A stretch of DNA of 64,000 nucleotides from a virus. The stretch spans positions 1 to 64,000 of the IMG/VR virus record IMGVR_UViG_3300021964_006878, one strand, 5' to 3'. Both the position numbers and the translations under genes were made by a program. Below, piece after piece: positions 30,258 to 40,689 of this stretch (position 1 is its first letter; each line of letters opens with the position of its first letter). The notes beneath the pieces are model-generated. The model did not search any database, was not told the DNA's origin, and saw only the letters and a list, made by a program, of their open reading frames with translations.

Positions 30258-31562
30258 TTAGTTTACTCCGTATGAATCTCTCATTAGTTTAATACTTGTT
30301 GTGTTCTGAGTAGAGGAAAAATGATGTCGTAGTTCTCTAATCAAATATAATCCGCTGGATTCTGGATCAATTTCTTTTGATCTTCCTGCAGACATTTCTG
30401 GGAACTCACAGTATATGATATCCCCTACCTTTAATTTAACATTAAGTGGTATAAGAATATTTAGTGCCTGTGAGAATAATAGATTATATCTAGCAGAAGA
30501 CTTAGCAAAATCTGCTGGTGTCCTTCCTGAAGTTTCAGTTCCTCCATTCTTTGACATTATACCATTGTCTGTGGTCCTGACAAGTATTCTGCTAGAATAT
30601 TGAGATATATCATCAGGCACTGACAATTTGTCTTGTTTGGTTAGTTTCTTATTTTTAATTTCATTTTTCATATCATAATTATAAACACTTACTTCATTGG
30701 TTGAAATATCAAACAGATATGTAAAATTATTATAGGTTCCTGTTCTTAATGCCTTTCTCATATCAATATTTTTTTCATGAACAAATTCTATGATATCAAA
30801 ATTATTTCTGATATCATTTGCCTTAATAATTTTACCACCATAAGAATACTTAAATATATCTTTCTCGTCTGCACTCCCAGATTCTTTTAAGTCAGATGTC
30901 AAACTATCAATACTTTTAAAATTAAACCCTTCACTATTTTCAAAAAAGAAAAATCCAGAAGTTCCTTTTGCCTTTTCTCTTACAGAACCTGATGGGTCAG
31001 GATCGGATTCTCCTGCATTAATTGATAATGATTTTGGACCCAACCACTGCAAAACATTAAATGGTTTTCGCATCGAACCAATAAAAGAATATGCATTCGC
31101 AGATTCCTCTATATTATTATCTAAAAATTTTGAAGTATTTAAATCATTTTGAAGAATGTTTTTCACTGAGTCACTTATCTTTCCTTCATATCTTTTATAT
31201 GACCTAGAAACTTCATTATTAAAATACTCTTGAGTTGTGAGATGTAGAGTAAAGTTCTCTGCCATTCTAGTCCCATCAAGACCACTTACTTTATAAACAC
31301 GAAGATGATTATCTTCATCATTTATTGTAAAGTCACCAGATGCTGTCTCAATATCAATTTCTACTTTCTCTCCACCACGAATTGGTAGATTACTTACAAT
31401 ACTATATGAATTAGTCACTTGAACAGTCATAGTTACTGAGGGACTTAATATATCCTCAAAATAATCTATAGATAAAATTGAGTTTGTGATATCAATTTTA
31501 TTTCCATCCATAGAAGTAATGAAAAATTGTTTTGGTTTATATCCTCTATATGCTTCTGACAT
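30258..31562 (-). CDS. Baseplate hub/tail protein (gp27-like)
   Basis: IDYFEDILSP..., FFFFENSEGFNFKSID, SGLYLIRELRHHF..LMRDSYG. Confidence 0.7.
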   Translation of the reverse strand: MSEAYRGYKPKQFFITSMDGNKIDITNSILSIDYFEDILSPSVTMTVQVTNSYSIVSNLPIRGGEKVEIDIETASGDFTINDEDNHLRVYKVSGLDGTRMAENFTLHLTTQEYFNNEVSRSYKRYEGKISDSVKNILQNDLNTSKFLDNNIEESANAYSFIGSMRKPFNVLQWLGPKSLSINAGESDPDPSGSVREKAKGTSGFFFFENSEGFNFKSIDSLTSDLKESGSADEKDIFKYSYGGKIIKANDIRNNFDIIEFVHEKNIDMRKALRTGTYNNFTYLFDISTNEVSVYNYDMKNEIKNKKLTKQDKLSVPDDISQYSSRILVRTTDNGIMSKNGGTETSGRTPADFAKSSARYNLLFSQALNILIPLNVKLKVGDIIYCEFPEMSAGRSKEIDPESSGLYLIRELRHHFSSTQNTTSIKLMRDSYGVN

Positions 31563-33748
31563 TATGCTCCATCTAGTTTAGTTAACATAAGTGTTTCTAT
31601 CATACTATCTAGTGAAACGCCAGCAACTATTACGCTATTGTTTCCATTACTACCACCGCTACTTCCAATAGGAATTGGAATTACATCACCACCTTGTTGC
31701 TGCTGAGGTGGTGCTACCTCTCTGATAACAACGATATTATCAGAATTTGCTGCTTCTGCCTCAGGAGTAAGCATTGAAACGTTCATATCCTTTGGAGTGG
31801 TAGATGCTACTGGTGGTGCTTCACTGCTTGCAGTGCCTAACAATTCAGCACCATCGGCAGTAACAGAATTTATAATTTCTGTTGACCCTTTTGCTAAGAC
31901 AGATTTTTTAGAATCGGGAGTTCCTAGAAGAACATTGAAGATGCTCATCAATCCATCTAATCTTTTAGCATATGATTCAAGCATTGCGACCTGAGGGTCA
32001 ACTCTTTGTTCTGTATTTTGGGAACGAGCAGGTAAATTACTTGGATTTAATTGAGCTACCCGATTATTTTGTGATGTTTTATCAGGGTCGAGTCTACCAA
32101 TAACCAGAGCAGAGACATATGGTTCTGGGTCTATATCAGACCCACCTCCGCCTCCAGCAGGTCTCACCTCAAAATGTAAGTGTTGACCGCCACCACCAAA
32201 ACTTCTACCAGTATTTCCAATCTCACCAATGATTTCTCCATTATATGGTTGTCCTGGTTTTAAATTTGATTTTCTTGCCAAGTGGGCAAAGATGAAATCT
32301 AGATTACCAATTTGAATAATAACTGTATTACCATAACCACTTAGATACTGAACTAAACTTACTCTTCCACTTCTTCTATATGCAACATAGTATCCAGTCT
32401 GACTACCAGTGCCGATGTCTACACCGCCATGACCACTACTTCTACCTCTGGTTCTAACTGGACCAGTAGCAACACCATAAGTCTCCTTTATTGCTTTCTG
32501 AGATATCACATCCGTGAGTGGACCATTTCTAGAACCAGTCATCGAAACATTTCCAAAATCAGTAGATGGACCTGTGTTATTCATTGGAGTCAATTGACCA
32601 GTATCAGTCGTTCCCATTAATTCTTCTTCAGACCTTTCATCTGCGGCTGCAGGAATATTTGGTGATTGTCCCTTATTGAAAATCTTATCATATAACCACC
32701 CACCAAGCATATCACCAACATATCCTCCACCAATAAAACCAATAGCAGTTCCAATTCCAGGAACTATACTAAGCATTGCACCAAGTATCCCAGCACCAAG
32801 AGCAGAACCGATTGCTTTGAATGCTGCTTTACCTGGATGCACTTTAAATATAAAAACATCCATAGCAAAACCTATTAAAGATCCAATAAATGGAATTCTT
32901 TTAACAAATTTTCCCAGCGTCTTTGCTAGTGCAGTACGACCAGCTTTAGATTTAAATATCCTTTCAACTAATCCCTGTATGGGATTCTTACCACCAAGAC
33001 CTCTAGTGATTGCTGGTCTAGATCTAAATGGATTTTGTGGTCGTTGTATCCCAAACCTTTGTGTTGATGCACCCCTTCCATATCTTTGTTGATATCTACT
33101 CTGTGCTGCGTCTGGTCCACCCCTTCCTCGCGAGGGTCTTTCCCTTCTTCGCAATGGGTTCCTTAGTCCACCCCTATTTACATTTCCACCACCACTTTGG
33201 GTAATTGCAGTTCCTCTATTGAGACCCAAAGATTTTCTAAGACCTGGTGTGCTTCTGCTACTAGTTACACCGCGACGACCAGTAGTAGAACGACTAGTAC
33301 CCTTTACTGCTGACTTGAATCCTGCTTTACCTAAAAACTTTTTTATTCCAAATCCACCGAGACCAAGACCTAATGCTCCACCAAGTCCTGATGCTCCAGC
33401 AGCAACACCACCAGCAAGAGCAGTAACACCACCAGTAGCAATCGTAGCAAGACCACCAAATGCAGCACCACCTATGCCCAAAGCAGACGCTGCTAGGGGT
33501 AATGCCGCAAGAACTCCTAGCAGTCCAATTTTGGAAGGTTTGGCTAAGTTTACATCCTTTTCTAATTTTTTAAATTCTTCTTCTTTAGGAAGGTCAGACT
33601 TTTCTTTAGAAACAAACTCTAACCACTTTCTAAATTTTTCAAGTTCACCTTTACGGTCAAGATCAACTGCAGCAATACGCCTAGTTGCTGCTACAGGTCT
33701 ATACTTTTTTTCTTTTGGATTTTGTTGAAACAGAGAAAGTGTTTTCAT
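31562..33748 (-). CDS. Tail-associated protein with peptidase M23 domain (728 aa)
   Basis: HGGVD, GYGNTV, FAHL, IGNTGRS, HLHFE M23 motifs. Confidence 0.8.
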   Translation of the reverse strand: MKTLSLFQQNPKEKKYRPVAATRRIAAVDLDRKGELEKFRKWLEFVSKEKSDLPKEEEFKKLEKDVNLAKPSKIGLLGVLAALPLAASALGIGGAAFGGLATIATGGVTALAGGVAAGASGLGGALGLGLGGFGIKKFLGKAGFKSAVKGTSRSTTGRRGVTSSRSTPGLRKSLGLNRGTAITQSGGGNVNRGGLRNPLRRRERPSRGRGGPDAAQSRYQQRYGRGASTQRFGIQRPQNPFRSRPAITRGLGGKNPIQGLVERIFKSKAGRTALAKTLGKFVKRIPFIGSLIGFAMDVFIFKVHPGKAAFKAIGSALGAGILGAMLSIVPGIGTAIGFIGGGYVGDMLGGWLYDKIFNKGQSPNIPAAADERSEEELMGTTDTGQLTPMNNTGPSTDFGNVSMTGSRNGPLTDVISQKAIKETYGVATGPVRTRGRSSGHGGVDIGTGSQTGYYVAYRRSGRVSLVQYLSGYGNTVIIQIGNLDFIFAHLARKSNLKPGQPYNGEIIGEIGNTGRSFGGGGQHLHFEVRPAGGGGGSDIDPEPYVSALVIGRLDPDKTSQNNRVAQLNPSNLPARSQNTEQRVDPQVAMLESYAKRLDGLMSIFNVLLGTPDSKKSVLAKGSTEIINSVTADGAELLGTASSEAPPVASTTPKDMNVSMLTPEAEAANSDNIVVIREVAPPQQQQGGDVIPIPIGSSGGSNGNNSVIVAGVSLDSMIETLMLTKLDGA

Positions 33749-35415
33749 TATCCTATAACACCATTTGCGATTCTACCAGAAATAGATGACTGAACATTAT
33801 CACTATTGGAAGTAGAATAAAATGCGACTGTAGGACTACCTCCTAATGATCTACCTGCGTCCGGTTGAATAATTCTTTGAGGTCTGCGTGATGCTACTTG
33901 TTGTACTCCTGGAACAGTAATAAAGGATACATTCGGTCCTTTTTTAGGAGGTATTAGTTTCTTTAATCTTTCAAAATGTGCCTCCCATTCTGCTGGTGTT
34001 GCATCAGCATCTGGCATCTCACTTAAAGGAACAGTATATTGCTGTTGTGTAGTAGGTTGTGGTCTATTGAATTTTTGTATCGCTTGTTTTGCTGCTCTAA
34101 TTCTATTCTCATCATGTGCTTCATGTTCTCCAGGTCTTTCATAATATATTCTAACTGCCATAGATGCTTCTTCAACAGTTTTTGCCTTTTTAATTTGACT
34201 CATAGCTCTACTTTCAGAACCTTGCAATTCCGTCATAGAAAATTTTAATTGTGTTTTAATATCTAAAGGATTTAAATTATTACTTGCTGCATAATTATAC
34301 AAATCATCCTTTCTAGATCCTAACCATTGTCCAATACCAGTAGCACCAATTTGATTTACTGCTTTTGGATCATATTTACTTTCTTGATAATAATTCCCAA
34401 CAAATCCTGCTGCTTGTTCTGGAGTGAACCCTTGTGATTTGTAAAAATTAAAAATCTTTTCAGCATTACTACCACCAGTAAAATCTGCTGCACCACTTGC
34501 TCTAGTAGAACTGCTACTACTGCGTTTTAAATTAAATGGATTAGTTACTGCTCGTTGAGGACCAAACATATTCCCCAATCCAAGTAAACTGGATGCCTGA
34601 TTTCCTTTCTCTGTAAGACCAAGCATGGAAAGGAAATTATTAAATATATCCCCCATGAAATCTCCTGTCCCGCCAAGAAAATCTCCAATACCTGAACCAA
34701 TACTACCTACCATACCACCCAGAGTTTTACCTTCTAAAAAGTTAAATCCACCAGCACCAAATGCTTGTTCATATGAAGGCATCTTCTCTGGTTGACCAAT
34801 TTTTGGAAGTGGTATTCCAATCTTATCCGCAATAGTTTGAACTGCATTATTATATGTTTCAATTAAACCAACAAATTTATTATTATAGAGATCCATAACA
34901 AAGGTATAAATCCCTTTAATTTTTTCGTCTATATTTGATAAGAAACCTTTAACATTTTCAAATACATTTTCTGCTTGTCCTACAATAAATTCATATGCTT
35001 TCTTTATCTGGGGACCAAATATTGCTGCGACTCCAACTACAACTGCCGCAACAATTCCAATAATACCTAGTTTACCAATACCTCCCCCACTTGTACCTTT
35101 ACCAAGTCCCTTAATCTGTCCAACAATATTTCCAATCGATGCTCTCAAACTTTTAGCAGCCATGAAACCTTCTACCAGAAGGTTTTTAAGCGAAACAATT
35201 GCTGATCTAATTGCTTTAGTATTTTTCTTACCACTAAAGAAGTTTAGATAGTCGAGACCAGATGCTTTACCAAAACGACTCTTCGATTGAGGATTTGCTT
35301 CAACTAAACTTGGTTTGGAACTAGCAGGCGCAAGCACTCTACGCTTAGATGCAAAAACTGAACTAGCAGTTCCACCTCTAATAAAGTTTTTTGCTCTTAC
35401 TCCCGATGGTCTCAT
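33748..35415 (-). CDS. Tail-associated protein with phage tail lysozyme-like domain (555 aa)
   Basis: QAAGFVGNYYQES...GIGQW...YYERP. Confidence 0.75.
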   Translation of the reverse strand: MRPSGVRAKNFIRGGTASSVFASKRRVLAPASSKPSLVEANPQSKSRFGKASGLDYLNFFSGKKNTKAIRSAIVSLKNLLVEGFMAAKSLRASIGNIVGQIKGLGKGTSGGGIGKLGIIGIVAAVVVGVAAIFGPQIKKAYEFIVGQAENVFENVKGFLSNIDEKIKGIYTFVMDLYNNKFVGLIETYNNAVQTIADKIGIPLPKIGQPEKMPSYEQAFGAGGFNFLEGKTLGGMVGSIGSGIGDFLGGTGDFMGDIFNNFLSMLGLTEKGNQASSLLGLGNMFGPQRAVTNPFNLKRSSSSSTRASGAADFTGGSNAEKIFNFYKSQGFTPEQAAGFVGNYYQESKYDPKAVNQIGATGIGQWLGSRKDDLYNYAASNNLNPLDIKTQLKFSMTELQGSESRAMSQIKKAKTVEEASMAVRIYYERPGEHEAHDENRIRAAKQAIQKFNRPQPTTQQQYTVPLSEMPDADATPAEWEAHFERLKKLIPPKKGPNVSFITVPGVQQVASRRPQRIIQPDAGRSLGGSPTVAFYSTSNSDNVQSSISGRIANGVIG

Positions 35416-35592
35416 TTAGATGCCTTGCTGTTGAATTCGTGTATTCTCTTCTTCAACATATTGATTTAACAATCCAAGATATATATCTCTCTCCCATGGC
35501 ATCATATTTTCAATCTCTGTTAAACTATATTTATGATGCTGCATGAGAGAAAAATTAACCTTATAGTATGACTCAAGATCAATATGTGCCAT
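35416..35592 (-). CDS. gp51: Baseplate hub assembly catalyst gp51 (58 aa)
   Basis: Manual translation YYKVNFSLMQHHKYSLTEIENMMPWERDIY. Confidence 0.9.
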   Translation of the reverse strand: MAHIDLESYYKVNFSLMQHHKYSLTEIENMMPWERDIYLGLLNQYVEEENTRIQQQGI

Positions 35593-35594
35593 GA

Positions 35595-36317
35595 TTAACC
35601 GAAAAAACTTTGTAACCCCTCCAATACAACTTCACTTTCAATCTTTGTATTTGGATTCTTCACCTTAATTGTATGAGTAAGTTTTGGCATAGTTGCAAAA
35701 AACTTTTCAATTTCTTTGAACTGATTAGAATTTAAATCATCCATCCAAGTAAGTAATTCTTTCTTGGTACAATCAGATGTAGACCAACAATCATCTTCAT
35801 TAAAGATCATATCAATACATGAAGAAATAATCTCAAATGATTGAGTCAATGATTCACCTTCTTCATCAAAGTTAAAATTAGTAGAAACAAATTGATCCAA
35901 AGACGGATACTTCATACGAAGTGTTAATGTATCATCTAATTTAATATCAGGTGTATGGTCACTATCCTTAATAACACCAATCTCATCAATATAAACTTTA
36001 ACTGGAACCGTAGTCTCCCCATCATCTGGGCAAGTAATAATTAAATCTACTGCTTCACCTACAGACTTACCTCTGATATTCAAAAACAAATATTCAATAT
36101 CAAATGTAGGAAGAGATTCAACTTTGATTCCTCTAGTTTGAATGCAATCTTTCAGTGTTTTCTTAATTGCATTTGCAATCTGAGTAGAATCTTCGCTTTC
36201 TAATGCAAGAATAAGAACTTTTTCTTCTCTAACTAAGAAAGGACGATACTTAATCTTCTTTCCTGTTGATGGTAATTCCAACTCATATGTCGGGGTAGAA
36301 ATCTTTGGTAAAGGCAT
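35595..36317 (-). CDS. gp26: Baseplate hub subunit gp26
   Basis: MPLPKISTPTYELELPSTGKKIKYRPFLVREEK. Confidence 0.92.
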   Translation of the reverse strand: MPLPKISTPTYELELPSTGKKIKYRPFLVREEKVLILALESEDSTQIANAIKKTLKDCIQTRGIKVESLPTFDIEYLFLNIRGKSVGEAVDLIITCPDDGETTVPVKVYIDEIGVIKDSDHTPDIKLDDTLTLRMKYPSLDQFVSTNFNFDEEGESLTQSFEIISSCIDMIFNEDDCWSTSDCTKKELLTWMDDLNSNQFKEIEKFFATMPKLTHTIKVKNPNTKIESEVVLEGLQSFFG

Positions 36318-36367
36318 AATATCCTATAGATGTTTCAGTAAAATTATTTATCAGGTATACTCAACAG

Positions 36368-37099
36368 TTACTTTTTCTTTGGGTTCTGTTTACATACAGT
36401 GTATCTAGAGTAACTAAAATTGACAGTGACTTTTGTTAGCGTGCTTCCATCATATGAAAATGGAATAGCAGCAATGTTCATTGGGAAGGCATCAATGAAA
36501 TCATATTTTAGAAGGGGTTGCTCAAGTAGTTTCTTTTCCTTGTTATCTTTATTTGGATTTCTCCAAAACCCTCTTTCAAATTTAAGAATAGAAATACGAG
36601 TTTTATATTGATTGGGATATCTAAACCTAAAGAAGCTATTACTTTCATTAAATCCTTCTTGCCCATCTTCATCACCAAAATATTGATCTGACCCTCTACT
36701 CAATGGGTCAACCCAATTCAACCACTCCTCAAAGAGACGAATAGTATTATACTCTCTATCAACATAAAATGATAAATCAAAGTCAGCATAAATTCTACGA
36801 ATTGGAAATCTTTCAATGATTCCTTGACGACTACCACTCTCTTCTGACATATCAAAAGATGAACCTGGTAAGGATGCTTCCGAACATAAGAAATCATATG
36901 TTTCTTCTGTGGATTTGGATTGTCTAAACAATCCACAATCAGTAAGATATCGATTCAACTCACCAATACCACTTTGTCGAATAGCAGAACGTCCAAGATT
37001 CAATGATACCATAAATTGAGATGTCTGCGACAATGCACCGAATGTGTCCTGGACATCATTCATTCTCTTATACAACATCTCAGGCGAATATGTTGCCAT
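36368..37099 (-). CDS. Tail tube-fold protein (gp19/gp54-like)
   Basis: CSEASLPGS...FYVD...FEEW...DAFP..I...LTKVTVNFSY. Confidence 0.7.
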   Translation of the reverse strand: MATYSPEMLYKRMNDVQDTFGALSQTSQFMVSLNLGRSAIRQSGIGELNRYLTDCGLFRQSKSTEETYDFLCSEASLPGSSFDMSEESGSRQGIIERFPIRRIYADFDLSFYVDREYNTIRLFEEWLNWVDPLSRGSDQYFGDEDGQEGFNESNSFFRFRYPNQYKTRISILKFERGFWRNPNKDNKEKKLLEQPLLKYDFIDAFPMNIAAIPFSYDGSTLTKVTVNFSYSRYTVCKQNPKKK

Positions 37100-37131
37100 C
37101 TAAATACTTTGAAACTACTTATATACTATGT

Positions 37132-37572
37132 ATGTCGTATAAGGGAAGGTATCTCCCGTCTTATCCGAAGAAATATAATGGGAATGCTAAGAATATAGTC
37201 TATCGTTCCTTGTGGGAGCGAGGTTTTATGAAGTATTGCGACCTTACCGAGTCAGTGAAGGAATGGCAGTCAGAAGAATTTTTCATTCCATATGTTTCGC
37301 CTGTAGATAAAAGAGTTCATCGTTACTTCCCAGACTTCTTTATCAAGTATGTGGATAAGACCGGTAAGTTAAGACAGATGGTTATTGAAATAAAACCAAA
37401 GAAGCAAGTAGCACAACCAAATATGAATCCCAAAAGGAGAACTAAGGCATGGCAGAACTCCATAGTAACTTGGGCAGTTAATCAAGCAAAGTGGAAAGCA
37501 GCACGAGAGTTCTGTGCTGACCGCAAGTTTGAATTCAAGATTATGACTGAAGACGATCTAGGAATCAAGTAA
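37132..37572 (+). CDS. gp4: Head completion nuclease gp4
   Basis: MSYKGRY.P..PKKY.G...IVYRSLWE...HRYFPDF...IEIKPK. Confidence 0.92.
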   Translation: MSYKGRYLPSYPKKYNGNAKNIVYRSLWERGFMKYCDLTESVKEWQSEEFFIPYVSPVDKRVHRYFPDFFIKYVDKTGKLRQMVIEIKPKKQVAQPNMNPKRRTKAWQNSIVTWAVNQAKWKAAREFCADRKFEFKIMTEDDLGIK

Positions 37573-38135
37573 TGGTAAGACGACGTGCTAAACGAAGACG
37601 CGCAGGCGGTCCTTCTTATGAAGAAGTAAAAGCACAGATAGATGCGAGAGAAGAGGCATCTAAAACTATTGGTCGAAGAATCATGGACCGAGCAGGTCAA
37701 GGTGAAGATCCTGACTGGTATGCAAATGAACTGTTCACTGAACTCCAAGAGTATGGCACATCACCTACAATAGGTGCTCTCTGTTTCTTCAGTTACAATG
37801 CAGCATATCCTGCTAAGTATCCTTTCTATGATAGAAGACCCCTTGCATATATTGTTGACATTAATGAAAATAGAATACTTGGCGCTAACTTGCATTACTT
37901 AAATCCTTCACTCAGAGGACAACTTGCTGCTTCCTTGATAAATAAGAAACAAGTAGACTTTTCAATAGGTTACTCTAAACTTATACACAGTTACTTTCCT
38001 GGTAACATGGGTGATTTATATGCTATTCCAGTTGATGGAAATGAATGGAATGATGTTGCAAAACTAGTGACTGAAAGTTTTGTGAACAAGTCAGGAACAT
38101 ATGTCGAACCTCAAACCGCTTGGGATAGTATTTAA
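37572..38135 (+). CDS. gp2: DNA end protector gp2-like
   Basis: FYDRRPL...GANLHYL; position after gp4. Confidence 0.7.
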   Translation: MVRRRAKRRRAGGPSYEEVKAQIDAREEASKTIGRRIMDRAGQGEDPDWYANELFTELQEYGTSPTIGALCFFSYNAAYPAKYPFYDRRPLAYIVDINENRILGANLHYLNPSLRGQLAASLINKKQVDFSIGYSKLIHSYFPGNMGDLYAIPVDGNEWNDVAKLVTESFVNKSGTYVEPQTAWDSI

Positions 38136-39998
38136 ATGGCAGTAAGAACGGATGCAAATGTATTATCCTTTAATCCACTCGATCCTGGTGCAGGCAATAC
38201 TTTAATCACTAAAGGAACCAGTAGTCTTAAGACTATGAAAGTCACTATCAATGGTGAGCAATATTTTGTACAGACTCGTTATGATCAAGGTGATGGAACT
38301 ACAGCAGCAGTAGCTGTAGCACAAACTGAAACTGTGACTAAATCTGGGACGGGGAGAAAAAGTAGAACCACAGTCAGAAAGACAGATACTCCATGGGTAA
38401 TATTTACAGTAAATTCAAAGGGTGAAACTACATTTGGTGGAGAGGGTAGAACTGATAACCCCGACACACTTGGTGATATTGGTCCTATGCATATTACATC
38501 TGAAGAGACTGCAAAAGCAATTGCAGCAACTTTTGAGATTGATGGTGCACCTGCTACTCTAGCAGAAGGAGTATCTGAACATAATACCAGAGCAAAAGTA
38601 TTACAGAAAAAGTCTACCCGAATATTTCATACTAAAGATGAAAGCAGGGTAGTACAAGGTGTAGCAGTAAAAGAAGCAGTAATAGAAGAAACAACTCCTG
38701 TTCCTCCAGTGAATATTAACGAATCTCCCAATGTTGACACAGATAATGGTGAAGAACCATCGAATAATGACGTGAATGCCGATTCGATTACTGATGCAGA
38801 AGGAAATACATTAGCAACAATTGGAGATAAAAGCAAAGATGTACTCCAATTAATTCAAGAAAAACTTGGACAAGCAAATGCCTTAATTAAAATATCACCA
38901 GAAGATCGTGCAGCATTTGAAAAATTATTTGAAGAAGGTGGTGGAGATACAATCGTTGGTGGTAATTATCCAATCGATAATACCTATGGGGAATTTTTCG
39001 GGCAAGATTATGTCACCATTGACCAGTTCATATATCAACCACCGAGGAGAGATCAAATATTTGGGGAAAATGCACTACAAAATATAACAAGTGGGAATCA
39101 AAGAGTCACACCATTGAAAAAGTTTGTAGCAATGGTCAAGTTACCAATGCCCAATACTATTACAGATGCAAATGCTGTTGCTTGGGGTGATGATGTAATG
39201 AATAATCTTTCTGCAGCAATTACTGCTGGTACTATGAATAACCCAGTAGCAGTTGGTGCTGGTGGTTTTCTTGGTAGTCTGATTGGTCAGGGTCAGTTAG
39301 GAGCACTAGCAGCACTAGCAATCGCAGAGAATAAGAGTAGTATAGAGGATATAAAAAACTTTAACTTTGCAGGTGCTTTTGGTAGTGGTGCTAGTGGTGC
39401 TTTGATGGGTAAAGCTAGTTTGGGTGCTGCAATCTTGGGGATAGCAGGTTCTAATGTCTCGGCAGATGATATATTACAAAGAGGTGTTGGGGTTGTTCCA
39501 AATTCAAATATGGAACTTATGTTTAATGCTCCAGCACTGAGGGATTTTAATTTTAGTTGGAAGATGAGTCCAAGAGATGAAAAGGAAGCATTAGAAGTAA
39601 AGAAAATTATTCGTTTCTTTAAGCAGGGAATGGCTGCAAAAACAATGACGAACCAGGCAGGACAAAGAAGTCTATTCCTAGGAACACCAAATGTTTTTAG
39701 ACTTCAATATCGAACTGCAAAAGGAGAAATTATTGAAGGTGTAAATAGAATTAAACCCTGTGCTGTTGTTGGAACATCGGTGAACTATACACCTGATGGG
39801 GCATGGGCATCGTATGATGGTGGTCAACCTGTCAGTACTATCCTATCAATCAATATGAAAGAACTTGAAGCAGTATATGCTTCTGATTATAGTGAGAAAC
39901 AGATTCTTTCAGAAAGACGATCCAAAGATATTACTGATGGGACAATGGGAGAGGATGGTGATCTTTATTCAATTAGTCCAAACGAGGTAGGTTACTAA
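38136..39998 (+). CDS. gp48: Baseplate tail tube cap gp48 with long N-terminal extension
   Basis: LPMPNTITD...W...NMELMFNAPALRDFNFSWKMSPR...IIRFFKQGMA. Confidence 0.85.
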   Translation: MAVRTDANVLSFNPLDPGAGNTLITKGTSSLKTMKVTINGEQYFVQTRYDQGDGTTAAVAVAQTETVTKSGTGRKSRTTVRKTDTPWVIFTVNSKGETTFGGEGRTDNPDTLGDIGPMHITSEETAKAIAATFEIDGAPATLAEGVSEHNTRAKVLQKKSTRIFHTKDESRVVQGVAVKEAVIEETTPVPPVNINESPNVDTDNGEEPSNNDVNADSITDAEGNTLATIGDKSKDVLQLIQEKLGQANALIKISPEDRAAFEKLFEEGGGDTIVGGNYPIDNTYGEFFGQDYVTIDQFIYQPPRRDQIFGENALQNITSGNQRVTPLKKFVAMVKLPMPNTITDANAVAWGDDVMNNLSAAITAGTMNNPVAVGAGGFLGSLIGQGQLGALAALAIAENKSSIEDIKNFNFAGAFGSGASGALMGKASLGAAILGIAGSNVSADDILQRGVGVVPNSNMELMFNAPALRDFNFSWKMSPRDEKEALEVKKIIRFFKQGMAAKTMTNQAGQRSLFLGTPNVFRLQYRTAKGEIIEGVNRIKPCAVVGTSVNYTPDGAWASYDGGQPVSTILSINMKELEAVYASDYSEKQILSERRSKDITDGTMGEDGDLYSISPNEVGY

Positions 39999-40660
39999 TG
40001 TCTTATTTCAGAGAGTTACCAAATATATCTGCTCTATCTTTACTGCCAGGAAGAGCACGAGATGATGAAAGAGTTTTAATCAAAAACTTTTTCAAGAGAC
40101 CAAAACTTAGAAGCGATATTGATATTGCAATTACTGCCTTTGATTTTAAGGTTATTAAAGATGGGCAGAGACCTGATAACATTGCAGAAATTATGTATCA
40201 AGATCCAGAATTGGATTGGGTAGTTCTGATTACTAATAATATTACAAATATAAGGGACCAATGGCCACTGTCTAACAATAATCTTCATAATTATATGCTA
40301 GATAAGTATGGTTCTGAACAGGCACTTCAGGAAGTCCACCATTATGAAACATTTGAAATTAAAGATGAATATAATAGAACAGTTTTAGAATCTGGTCTTG
40401 AAGTAGATGAAGATTTTTCATTCACATTCACAACAGTTAATGGTAACCTTGTAACGAAATCAAATGCAGCAGGTCCAGTTACAAATTATACTTATGAAAG
40501 TACAAGAAATGATGCGAAAAGAATCATTCGTGTATTGAAACCAAAATTCGTTGGTAGTTTTATCAGTGATATGAAAAAGATGATGAAGTATGAAACATCT
40601 TCCCAATATATCAATAGAACTACTAAGGCAGCGTTTAACACCAGAAAATTTGGGTTATAA
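39998..40660 (+). CDS. gp53: Baseplate wedge subunit gp53
   Basis: MSYFRELPN...RPDNIAE.MY.DPELDWVVLITNNI. Confidence 0.9.
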   Translation: MSYFRELPNISALSLLPGRARDDERVLIKNFFKRPKLRSDIDIAITAFDFKVIKDGQRPDNIAEIMYQDPELDWVVLITNNITNIRDQWPLSNNNLHNYMLDKYGSEQALQEVHHYETFEIKDEYNRTVLESGLEVDEDFSFTFTTVNGNLVTKSNAAGPVTNYTYESTRNDAKRIIRVLKPKFVGSFISDMKKMMKYETSSQYINRTTKAAFNTRKFGL

Positions 40661-40682
40661 AAAAACCCTCCTTTCGGAGGGT
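40659..40682. terminator. Terminator between convergent gp53 and gp32
   Basis: AAAAAA-CCCTCC-TTTC-GGAGGG hairpin. Confidence 0.75.
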
Positions 40683-40689
40683 GTAAAGG

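Noticed and set aside
33219-33728. 169-aa + strand ORF rich in P/A
   Set aside because: Antisense shadow of the Gly/Ala-rich codons of 31562-33748; the many other antisense ORFs in the track were rejected on the same grounds
37021-37131. N-terminal extension of gp4 in the ORF track
   Set aside because: It overlaps the divergent gene; the conserved start is MSYKG at 37132
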